A DNA stretch of 64,000 nt from assembly GCA_963815195.1 (NCBI GenBank), contig CAWFGE010000012.1:640001-704000 (forward strand). The letters run 5' to 3'. A model generated the notes under the pieces. The model saw only the letters and a program-made list of their open reading frames with translations. It was not told the DNA's origin and did not search any database. Positions within the stretch are counted from its first letter, which is position 1. Each line of letters opens with the position of its first letter. Positions 11,690 to 20,266 of this stretch are shown piece after piece. The stretch is from an uncultured Planctomycetaceae bacterium (GTDB lineage: Bacteria; Planctomycetota; Planctomycetia; Planctomycetales; Planctomycetaceae). The position numbers and the translations under genes were made by a program.

Positions 11690-11822
11690 TTACGCGCCGT
11701 CGACCTTGGTGACGAACGAAGGGCGTGGTCGCCAAGATCGCCACGCCCTTCGCTGCGCAAAGGGTCGTGCCACCCGGAATTGTGCCCGATCCTTTACGCG
11801 CCATCGACCTTGGTGACGAACG
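11690..11822. repeat. 29-bp direct duplication of the capsid gene 3' end flanking a truncated REP-like element
   Basis: TTACGCGCCRTCGACCTTGGTGACGAACG at 11690-11718 and 11794-11822, 1 mismatch. Confidence 0.9.
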
Positions 11823-12989
11823 CAGTGTCCACGGCGGAGATGCCGCCGTAGTAGCGGACCTTCACTCGCAGCACCACGTCCCGCTCAAAGGCGGACGGGC
11901 TGTCGCCTCGCTGCAGGAATGTTTGGATCGGCCAGATTTCCGTCCACACAAACTGCTTCGCGAAATCGCCCAGGTACCAGTCGTTCGCCGCCTGTCCGCC
12001 TTGCTCGTCGATGAACGGCGAACTGAGCACCTCGACCAAACTGCGGACGGGGTTCGCGACGCGGGTTTGATAGTCGCCGTTGGTGATGGTGACTTCGGTC
12101 GAGTTCACAATGCTCGACGCCGTGCCGCGCAGGTTTTCCGGCACGAGCAGTTGCCGAACCGGCACGACCAGCGGCCGCGGCGTCCCATCGATGCGGTCGT
12201 CCAGAACTTCCGTGGCCCGGTAGTGCAGAACCTCTTCGACGTCGGTCCAATCGACCAGAGGCACCGCGGCATTGAAGCCCGACGAAGTCGTATTCCCCGA
12301 ACCGACCCAGTTGCGGTTCGAGCCGGCCGTGTTGTAAAGCGTCTCCCCGCTGCCGTTGGGCCGATAGACGTATTTGCCGGACGAGGCGTCGGCATCGGTG
12401 ACGCCGCGGAGGATCGTCCGCTCGCGCTCCTGGCGGAGATAATATCCCAGCGCCGCGCCCGGCGGTTGATCTCGCCGGTCTGGTCGAACACGATCAGCTC
12501 TTCGTTGATCGAGAGCACTCGGCCCTGTTTGGTTTCCTCCGTGGTGACGTATTTTTCCTCGAAGGTCGATTCCTCGTAAGGATGGCCTTCGGGAACTTCG
12601 GTCGGACCGGCGAGGGCTTTGAAGCCGGCGATCTTCTGGCTGCGAAGCCGGCTGGGCAGGATCGTCACCAGCCGGTCGCCGACGAAGCCGCGGTCGTCCT
12701 CGTAGCCGGCGATCACCTGCCGGCCGATGAGTTCGCCCGTAACCACCTGAAACAAGTTCGTGCCCACGCCGGGGTTCGATTCGCTGAGCGCGGCGGCGAG
12801 ATGAGGCAGCGGCTGCCGCAGTTCGTTCATGTGCCGGAGTCGCGGCAAAACGCCGCAGGCGTCGGCGAGTTCGTAATAGCTGAAGTCATCGCTCGCGAGC
12901 TTGCCCTCGTTGAGCAATCCGCACACGCGGTGATAAAAGCCTTCGGGACCCAAGGATTCGATGAGGTAAGCCAGATTCTGTCGGGACAT
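11794..12989 (-). CDS. Major capsid protein, HK97 fold, Mu gpT-like; one frameshift at ~12455
   Basis: EVPEGHPYEESTFEEKY..TKQGRVLSINEELIVFDQTG, QLLVPENL, WYLGDF and VVLRVKVRYYGGISAVD motifs; third gene in protease-decoration-capsid order. Confidence 0.85.
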
Positions 12990-13063
12990 GTTGCACCTTG
13001 ATAAGAGAGGTTTCGGAGAAGGACAAAATCAAAACCGGAGGCTAGCGCCTACCGCTCACGTTC

Positions 13064-13543
13064 TTAGCCGAGGGTGGCGTTGGCGTTGGCGGCACCGGGG
13101 TGATACGCCGAGGCGAACTGCACCCGCAGCGTGCTGGAGGCCGAGGCTTGATACTCCGCAGCCCGGGCGACGGCGTTCCCAGCGCTCGCGGCTTCGAGCT
13201 GCTGGTTCATCAATGCCGACGAGTTTTCATCCGGCCCGAGCGAATCCCCGACCTCGTAGGTGGCCGAGTTGACGTCGAACTCATAGACCGAGAAGGGGCT
13301 CAAGTCGACGGACACATCGTCGGTGTCGCCGTCGGCGGACTGCTGCTGGGCGACGCCCAGAAACACCGCGGCGAACTCGGATTGGGTCGTGGCGAGATCG
13401 GTGTCCCAGGTGAAGTCGGAGGCGGGCTTCACATCGTCGGTGTCGAGGAACACGAGGTCCCCCGCCTCGATCACCGTGCCGCTGTCCACGCGGAGTTTGT
13501 GCAATTGAACTTGCCCGCTGCGAAAACGAAGTTGGTTCGACAT
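13064..13543 (-). CDS. Capsid decoration/cement protein (DUF2190 / beta-tulip-like)
   Basis: VIEAGDLVFL...FLGVAQ...VYEFD...YEVGD pattern; lies between protease and capsid genes; AGGAG RBS. Confidence 0.7.
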   Translation of the reverse strand: MSNQLRFRSGQVQLHKLRVDSGTVIEAGDLVFLDTDDVKPASDFTWDTDLATTQSEFAAVFLGVAQQQSADGDTDDVSVDLSPFSVYEFDVNSATYEVGDSLGPDENSSALMNQQLEAASAGNAVARAAEYQASASSTLRVQFASAYHPGAANANATLG

Positions 13544-13589
13544 GATTGGCTCCTGAAAAGAGAGGGGAAAGGTTTTGGGAATGGGGCTC

Positions 13590-13695
13590 GGGTGGCACGC
13601 CCCTGAGCGCAGCGAAGGGCGTGGTCTCTGTGATCGCCACGCCCTTCGCTGCGCTCAGGGGCGTGCCAGCCAACCGCTTACTTCGTGCGCGGCTC
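13590..13695. repeat. REP-like palindrome doublet plus CCGCTTACTTCGTGCGCGGCTC motif
   Basis: TGGCACGCCCCTGAGCGCAGCGAAGGGCGTGG...CCACGCCCTTCGCTGCGCTCAGGGGCGTGCCA perfect arms; same family at 11717 and 20033. Confidence 0.9.
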
Positions 13696-13709
13696 TCTCG
13701 CACCTACGT

Positions 13710-14537
13710 TCAAAACCGCCGGAGGGCGGCGAGGAATTGCTCGTCCGTCACCGACGGAGCCAAGAAACCGGGATCGGGCAAACGCTCGCGGCTGAAGGGT
13801 CCGCTTTGCGAACGCGCGAGCGAATCCAGCAGGGTTTCGCGTTCGCCAATGAGCCGCCGGCGGGCTTCCGCGGACGGGGCCGCCAGCAGTTGCTCGCGAA
13901 AGACCTCCGTCACGGCGGCTTTCGGCAAGCGGGATTCTTCGAGCAGTTCCTGCACCTCGCGCTCGGTTTGCAGTTGTGCGAGTTCGGCTTTCAAGTCCGC
14001 GATTTGCGCTTTCAGCAAATCGCGCTCGCTTTCCGCGGCACTCTGCTGCTCCTGAAAGGATTGCGTGGTCGCGGGGAAGACGACGGCGTCCACGCTGACC
14101 ACGTCGTGAATCTTTTCCACCACGAGACCGTCGGCGGATTTCTCGGCGAGGATCACGTGGCTCATGCCGACCGCCGGCCCGTTGGACTCGGCCAAAGCGA
14201 GAAACGTCCGGCCGGCTTCGGTGTCGATCACACGGATGTCGCCGCGAATCCGCCCGCCTTCGTAGCGGACATTGACGACCGATCCCACCAAATCCCGCGT
14301 GCTCCGCTGATGCGGGTGCGTCCGCGAGGCGGCGTGATCGAGGAACACGGGCTTCTGCTCATACAAAGGCAGAGCCTTGGAAAGGGCCTCTTCCGAATAG
14401 CGGTAGCCGTTGCGGGATTCCAGCCCCGTCAAAGCCACGTTCTTGACGATCCGGTTTTCCGGATCGACTTGCACCTCGTGCGCAATCCAGTCGGCGATGT
14501 GTTCGGTCAGCGTTTGGCAAGTCGGAGATTCGGGCAT
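13710..14537 (-). CDS. Prohead maturation protease fused to a coiled-coil scaffold
   Basis: SRNGYRYSEEAL, VFLDH (His), VGMSH (Ser) and SVDAVVFPAT motifs of clan SH prohead proteases; Glu/Leu/Ala-rich helical C-terminus. Confidence 0.85.
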   Translation of the reverse strand: MPESPTCQTLTEHIADWIAHEVQVDPENRIVKNVALTGLESRNGYRYSEEALSKALPLYEQKPVFLDHAASRTHPHQRSTRDLVGSVVNVRYEGGRIRGDIRVIDTEAGRTFLALAESNGPAVGMSHVILAEKSADGLVVEKIHDVVSVDAVVFPATTQSFQEQQSAAESERDLLKAQIADLKAELAQLQTEREVQELLEESRLPKAAVTEVFREQLLAAPSAEARRRLIGERETLLDSLARSQSGPFSRERLPDPGFLAPSVTDEQFLAALRRF

Positions 14538-14779
14538 CGCGGCACTCCAGCAAGGGAAAGGAAGTTTTCGTTTCTTACCCTACAGGAGTTGATTGCGCCA
14601 CAAGCCGATTTTTGAGTGCAAACGCTTTGCGACAAAGACGTTGGAAAAGCTGCGCGTCCGCGTTTTGTATGAAAACAGGTCCCGCAAGCCAGCCGGAACG
14701 CGCTCGCGTCCGGTTCTTCCCGGGAACCGGGGCTCGCGCCCTGCGGCTAATGAATGCGACGACTATTGCTCGCGTGATC

Positions 14780-14986
14780 CTAAACGCCGGACATTGCGAG
14801 TTGCTCTCGGCGATGAGAACGTTTCCTGGGCCGATTGGACTTCATCAGAGATTCGAGTTCCTCCAACGGCAGGCGGCGGAAATCGATGTTGGCTTGGGCG
14901 AGCATGTCGAGAAGCTCGAATCCCAATTCGCTTTCACAGAGGACGGATTCCACTTGACGATCGTTGTGTTGAGGCAAAGTTTGCAT
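14780..14986 (-). CDS. Small hypothetical protein
   Basis: 68-aa ORF MQTLPQHNDRQ... with acidic core and basic tail, upstream of the capsid module. Confidence 0.45.
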   Translation of the reverse strand: MQTLPQHNDRQVESVLCESELGFELLDMLAQANIDFRRLPLEELESLMKSNRPRKRSHRREQLAMSGV

Positions 14987-15316
14987 GGCGTCAATCTCTT
15001 TCAGGGGGTGTATTCCGGTTGATCGCTCCGATCGAACGGACCACCCCCGTTGCAAGCCCCGTTCCCGAAGACGCGGGACGGCCGATGTAGAATTTGCAAT
15101 CGTCGCAAAAGGTTGGACAATGGGCAGGTGCGAACTTGCGTTTGCCGATTTTGTAAAGTTGACATTGCCGGCAAAGCGAAGCGATGTGTCTCACTCCCGC
15201 GACATTTGCTATCAATTTGATTGAAAGCGGAGAGCGGAACGCCGGACAAAAGGCGCTGCCATCGCGGAGCGATGGGCGACTTTCAAAAACGGAATCCAAT
15301 ACGGAGAGGACAACCC

Positions 15317-15631
15317 ATGAGCGAAACGAATCCTTCCGCGGCGGAAGCTCCCTGCCATCACGTGGTGTATCACGGCCGCGTGCAGGGCGTGGGGTTTCGG
15401 CTGACCGCCTGCCAGATCGCGCGGCGGTTTCCCGTCAGCGGCTACGTGAAGAACATGCCCAGCGGCACCGTGGAGATGGTGGTCCGCTCCGACCAGGCGG
15501 CGCTCGAGGATTTTCTCAAAGACGTCGAAGCCGCGTTCGAGGGCGACATCGACGACCGCGAAATCCGCGAAGCCACGCCCAACGAATGCTTCGACATCGA
15601 AACCCACGCCGGTTTCGAGATTCGTTATTGA
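15317..15631 (+). CDS. acyP: Acylphosphatase
   Basis: GRVQGVGFR and GYVKN..GTVE motifs. Confidence 0.92.
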   Translation: MSETNPSAAEAPCHHVVYHGRVQGVGFRLTACQIARRFPVSGYVKNMPSGTVEMVVRSDQAALEDFLKDVEAAFEGDIDDREIREATPNECFDIETHAGFEIRY

Positions 15632-15650
15632 TCCCCCGCCAAAACCGAAC

Positions 15651-15694
15651 GGATCCGGAAGCCCGTTCGCGCCACCGAACGGGCTTCCGGATCC
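15651..15694. terminator. 19-bp perfect hairpin between convergent genes
   Basis: GGATCCGGAAGCCCGTTCG-6 nt-CGAACGGGCTTCCGGATCC; no clear U-tract. Confidence 0.6.
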
Positions 15695-15722
15695 AGGTTG
15701 ACTTCGGAATCTTCGCCGGGCG

Positions 15723-16952
15723 TTAGATCATGGGACCCCCGTTTTCGTCTTGGGGGGATTTCTCCGGATTCTCGATTTTCTGTTTGGCTTCCCGCATGGC
15801 TTTGAACGTGTCTTCGGTGTCGAGCCGGGAATATTCGATCGCTTTGTCGAGGGCGGGCATCACGAACTTCGCGGCTGAGCCGATGTTGCCCAAGGAGATC
15901 GCCGCCTGCTTCCGCACCTCGCCGTCTTTGTCTTCCAGCAAGCCGGCGAGGGCCTCGATCACGTCCTTGGGCGGTTGGCCGATTTGTCCCAACCGCCGAA
16001 CGGCGAGTTCGCGAACCTGGCCCCAAGGCAACTTTGCAAGCTGCGCCAGAACGCGCACGGCAAAAGGCTTGGCATCGGTTGGGAGTGCCTCGGCCTCCAG
16101 CGTTGCCAAATAAAACGCAGCGTCCACGCGGACGTATTCGCTGGGGTGGCGGCTCAGCACGGTCAAAGGCTCGACCATGACTTGCGGGTCGGCTTGGATG
16201 GCGATCAGGGTTTCCAAAATCAGCAGCGGATCGTACGCGGGAACCGCTTGCTCCCAACCGGCCCGGCCGTCCGTGATGATCCGCGGCCTCAGCACAATGC
16301 TCGTCAAAGGCAGCCGCGGCCGGTGGAGCAATTTCAACAGCGCCGCCTCCGCGGCCTTTCGTTCGCCATCGGGAAGAGCCGGCGGCGCGGTCTTTCGCTC
16401 TATCTCGGAAAGGGCGTCGCGCACGGCCTCGGCGTCGTCGCCGATCTTTTTGAGAGCCAACACGCTCGCATGCCCGATGAGCGGCGAGGGATGATTCACG
16501 CCCCACGTCCACAAGTCCGCGTGGTCTTTGAGCGAATCGTCGGCAATTTGCGCGAGCAGGTTTGCGACGATGTTCCACCGCGCGGGCCTCGTGGCCGGGT
16601 CGGATAGAATCTGATAAAGCGACGGTTCCGGCGAGTTGGAAAAGCCGGTTCCCGCGGCTTTCAATCGGATCAATACGATTGCGGCCGAGGCGGTGCGGGC
16701 TTCGTCCTCCGTGGTTTCGACGGGGGTTTTGAGCACATCCAGAAGACGCGGAATCCCCTTGTCTCCGAGAAGGACCAACTGGTTGGCGGCGTTTTGGCGA
16801 ATCCGCGATTCGGGATGGGAAAGGGCTTTGACCAGAAGCTCGGGGTCTTCCGTCGGGGTCTCGGTTAGGGGAGGCTGCGGACACGCGGCCGGCGGTGCGG
16901 AGAGAATCCCGCAAAGGACCAATAGCCAAACTCGCCGAAAAACGCCGTTCAT
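15723..16952 (-). CDS. Secreted HEAT-repeat protein
   Basis: Signal peptide; LEDKDGEVRKQAAISLGNIG-type repeats. Confidence 0.8.
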   Translation of the reverse strand: MNGVFRRVWLLVLCGILSAPPAACPQPPLTETPTEDPELLVKALSHPESRIRQNAANQLVLLGDKGIPRLLDVLKTPVETTEDEARTASAAIVLIRLKAAGTGFSNSPEPSLYQILSDPATRPARWNIVANLLAQIADDSLKDHADLWTWGVNHPSPLIGHASVLALKKIGDDAEAVRDALSEIERKTAPPALPDGERKAAEAALLKLLHRPRLPLTSIVLRPRIITDGRAGWEQAVPAYDPLLILETLIAIQADPQVMVEPLTVLSRHPSEYVRVDAAFYLATLEAEALPTDAKPFAVRVLAQLAKLPWGQVRELAVRRLGQIGQPPKDVIEALAGLLEDKDGEVRKQAAISLGNIGSAAKFVMPALDKAIEYSRLDTEDTFKAMREAKQKIENPEKSPQDENGGPMI

Positions 16953-17191
16953 GCTGCTGCCTCGGTGGATGGGAAAAAGACGATTGCGAATCGCGACTTC
17001 CTTTCAGCCTAAACGCGCGAACCGGGCAAATGGTAGAGGGAAAATCAACTTTTTTCTCCAAGCCCCGTCCGAAGCGAAATGAAAGCACCGGCTTGGCATG
17101 GTGCCACGGTCGGAATACGCGATTGCATTTTTCCGCGCGAACCGCGACGATGAACGAGTACGATTTTCTAGAGGAAACGGAGTAAGATCCG

Positions 17192-17785
17192 GTGAACCCC
17201 GACGAAGCCCGGCCCGGCGAATCTGTGGAGTCTCCTCCCGAACTCTTCGGCGAAGAGGAGCCGTTTTTGATGCGAGATGTCCCATCTCCCGGAGGAGGAA
17301 ATCCGCCCAGGCGATCATCCGGCGGACTATTCGCGGTGCTGGGATTGCTGGTTCCGGTGGTGTTGGGCGGGGTGACGGTGTTCGGCGTTTACTTTTTGTT
17401 CGTGGGCAATTGGCGCGACAACGCGTCCCGATCCGCCCCGAACGCGGACGATGCGCCGCAGGCAAAGCCCGAGGCCGCGCCCCGATCTTCCGTCGCTGAG
17501 ACGCCGCCGCAGGCTCCGTTTTTGTCCGGCGAAGAAACTCCGCTTGCGAACCCTCCAGAGCCCGCAGCGGAACCGGATCAACTTTCTTCCGCCGACCGCG
17601 AGGCGGTAGCGAAGGCCAAACAGCAACAGGCCGCGGCGGGCAAATTGCGGCTGGCGAAAAAGCTGCTCGATCGGAATCCCTCGGCGGCGGTGAATTGGTT
17701 TCGCGACGTGGCCCGGGCGTTCCCCGGCACCCCAGCGGCCCAAGAAGCCCAAGCCTGGCTCAAAGAGCACGGTCATCAGCCGTGA
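17192..17785 (+). CDS. Hypothetical membrane-anchored protein
   Basis: One TM helix, Pro-rich linker, TPR-like C-terminus (FPGTPAAQEA); start uncertain. Confidence 0.65.
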   Translation: MNPDEARPGESVESPPELFGEEEPFLMRDVPSPGGGNPPRRSSGGLFAVLGLLVPVVLGGVTVFGVYFLFVGNWRDNASRSAPNADDAPQAKPEAAPRSSVAETPPQAPFLSGEETPLANPPEPAAEPDQLSSADREAVAKAKQQQAAAGKLRLAKKLLDRNPSAAVNWFRDVARAFPGTPAAQEAQAWLKEHGHQP

Positions 17786-17798
17786 TCGGAACCCGCCC

Positions 17799-18332
17799 AT
17801 GACGACAGAGCGCAGCCTCACGGTCTCGGCCCGGCGGTTGGCGGACGTGCTTGCGGAAAAAAAACGGCGAATCGTCTTTGCCGAAAGCTGCACGGGCGGG
17901 CTGGTGTCCAATGCGCTCACGCGGATTGCCGGAATCTCGGAATGGCTGTGCGGGTCGGCGGTGGTGTATCGGATCGAAACCAAAGCCGAGTGGCTGGGCA
18001 TCGGCCGCGACGTTCTGCAAAAGCCCGGGCCGGTCAGCCGGGTTGTGGCGACTTTGATGGCCGAGGGCGTCCTGGCCAAAACGCCCGAAGCGGACCTCGC
18101 CGCATCGGTTACGGGGCATCTGGGCCCGAACGCTCCCGCCCGGCAGGACGGGTTGATCTACGTCGGCCTTTCCCGCCGATCGAAGGAAGGCGAGCCGCCC
18201 CATACAATCGTCAAACGCCGCGTTCTCGAAGCGGGGGCGGACGGGACAACCGGCTTAAGGCTCCGCAACCGCCGGCAGCTCGCGGCGGCGGCATTCGTGT
18301 TGGATTCGGTCCTCGAAATCCTCACCAAATGA
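17799..18332 (+). CDS. CinA/PncC family NMN amidohydrolase
   Basis: AESCTGGL, GISEW..GSAVVY..K and SVTG motifs. Confidence 0.9.
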   Translation: MTTERSLTVSARRLADVLAEKKRRIVFAESCTGGLVSNALTRIAGISEWLCGSAVVYRIETKAEWLGIGRDVLQKPGPVSRVVATLMAEGVLAKTPEADLAASVTGHLGPNAPARQDGLIYVGLSRRSKEGEPPHTIVKRRVLEAGADGTTGLRLRNRRQLAAAAFVLDSVLEILTK

Positions 18333-18450
18333 TCGGCGTCGGAAAAATCCAGCCGTCTGGAAAAATCGCAATTTGCCAGACAACGGTTTCTGACCTAAAG
18401 TTTTGGACAACGGGCCATTTCCGATGCCCTCTCTCCGGAACGACATCTTT

Positions 18451-18582
18451 ATGAACACGATCTATGGCTGGGTTGATTCGCTGCTCGAAACGTGGCACAA
18501 CGCGACGCTGGTGGACTACGGCCACCTCGTCCTGGCGGTTGTCGTGCTGGGGTGGTTTATCGCGAGAACGACCTCGCGTTAG
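18451..18582 (+). CDS. 43-aa small membrane protein (below ORF-track cutoff)
   Basis: MNTIYGWVDSLLETWHNATLVDYGHLVLAVVVLGWFIARTTSR; GC-rich third codon positions, one TM helix. Confidence 0.6.
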   Translation: MNTIYGWVDSLLETWHNATLVDYGHLVLAVVVLGWFIARTTSR

Positions 18583-18603
18583 CAGATGCGGGCTGCGTCT
18601 TCC

Positions 18604-18660
18604 GTAGCGGTGGCTTCTAGCCGCCGAGATCGATCCACGGCGGCAAGATCCCGCCGCTAC
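18604..18660. repeat. REP-like palindrome
   Basis: GTAGCGGTGGCTTCTAGCCGCCG...CGGCGGCAAGATCCCGCCGCTAC. Confidence 0.7.
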
Positions 18661-18683
18661 GCTGTTTGCCTGCTGCTCTCTTT

Positions 18684-19983
18684 TCAATTCGGCGGCGGCG
18701 CTGAAGATGGGAGGCGGAGCGATCGGTGGCGGCGGCGCATCGTCGGCTTTTTCGTAGCCGGGATGCTCCGCGGTCCATTTCCGCCAGAACTCGGCGGGAT
18801 GCGTCTTCCGCCACAGCGCGAGCGCATTGCCCACGTGGCTGTAGAAGGTGTATTTGTCGTAAATGTCCGCGTCGGATTTGCTTGTCGTGTTGTCGATCAG
18901 CCAGCGGGCGGCTTTTTGCACGACCTCGCGGGGCGGATGCAATTCCGGCGGAGCGATCGCCAGCCATTCCAAATGATGCCCGGTCGCGATCACGTCCTGA
19001 AACTCCGCATCCGGCCGGGGATTCTCCACCGCGGCCCGGCCGTCGGGCCAGTTGGGCGGCCAATGCCCGTCGGGAAACTGCGACGCCCGAATCAAATCGC
19101 GGACCGTTTTCAAATACTCGAACACCGACTTGCTCGCCCGATCGGAGAGAATGTCGTACTCCTGATCGAGCCGCCATAACAGCATCAGCGAATACACCCG
19201 GTGCGTGCCGCTGCAGACGCCGATCTCCTTTTGCCCGCGCATCAGCCGGTCGGCGAGCATGTCGAACGTCACCGTGCGGCCGTCTTTCGTCCGCCAGGAT
19301 TTCATCGGCGGCAGCCACAGCGCAAAGGCCATCGTGGACCACTCGGTTTCCTGCTCTTCGAGGCGAAAGTCCCGCAGGGCTTCCTGGATCAAATCGTCCA
19401 CCGTCAAATCCCGGCCGGACGGAGCGTAAACTTTTTGATCGCGGCTCACGCCGGCTTCCGTCAGGCAGGCCAAGAGATGGTCGTGATGCACCGAGGTCTC
19501 TTGATGCTGCCCCCACCGCACCGCCACGCCGTGCGGACGATCGATGAGCAGCGGCTCGACGCCGCGGGATCGGTTGTCCGTCCAAGACGCGGCATACCGG
19601 CCGTGATCGAGAAGAAAGTCCCGCAGGTCCGCGCCGTTCATCACCGCCGGATCGTGAAATGTCGCCGAGACGCCCCACGCGCGGAGCGCGTGTTCGACGA
19701 AGTTGGGCTTCCGGCCTTTTGCGGGAAACTTCGGGCGGATCTTTTTGAGCACGGCGGCCAGGTCTGCCTCGCTGACCACGCTGGGATCGTCGTACAGCGG
19801 CGCGATCGTGAGCGGCGTGTTGCGCTCGATGGGGACTTTTGGATCAACCTCTTGCCGAAGCATGGTCTCGCGAAAGTCGCGCTCGGCCTCATCCGAAAGA
19901 CCGACATAAGCCGCCGCCACGACCGCAGCGAGCGCCAATTGCACCGCCAGGAAAACCGTCAAGGAAAGCCGCCGCTGCTTCAT
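18684..19983 (-). CDS. Hypothetical membrane-anchored periplasmic protein, probably helical barrel
   Basis: N-terminal TM helix; CSGTHRVYSL, TGHHLEWLA and YSHVGNAL motifs; true stop inferred at TGA 18684 via a frameshift in the Pro-rich tail. Confidence 0.65.
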
Positions 19984-20032
19984 GGGGATCTCGTTTGCCG
20001 AAGGATGTATTTTAAAAAGTTGGTAGGGACGT

Positions 20033-20110
20033 GGGTGGCACGCCCTGAGGAACGAAGGGCGTGGTCTCTTGATCGCCACGCCCTTCGCTGCGCTCAGGGA
20101 CGTGCCACCC
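20033..20110. repeat. REP-like palindrome doublet
   Basis: Same family as 13590-13670. Confidence 0.9.
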
Positions 20111-20154
20111 GTGCCACAAACGATCAAAGGGAAAGGCTCTCCGCTAGAACACAT

Positions 20155-20256
20155 CTTTGTGGCCTTTGCACCTTTGTGGCCTTTGCACCTTTGTGGCCTT
20201 TGCACCTTTGTGGCCTTTGCACCTTTGTGGCCTTTGCACCTTTGTGGCCTTTGCTC
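20155..20256. repeat. 17-bp tandem repeat (CTTTGTGGCCTTTGCAC) x6
   Basis: Five perfect units plus one with a single mismatch; no spacers. Confidence 0.95.
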
Positions 20257-20266
20257 CTCAACAATC

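Noticed and set aside
12440..12470. Programmed frameshift in the capsid gene
   Set aside because: No slippery heptamer; it would truncate the fold midway; similar indels occur throughout the window
11794..14537. Intact prophage or classical encapsulin operon
   Set aside because: No integrase, terminase, portal or tail genes; a prohead protease plus decoration gene is not the known encapsulin layout, and no known cargo enzyme is adjacent
18322..18683. C-terminal extension of the 627-aa ORF
   Set aside because: Reads through a REP and antisense to a better small ORF; probably a frameshift artefact
20155..20256. CRISPR array
   Set aside because: Units are 17 bp and contiguous, with no spacers and no cas genes
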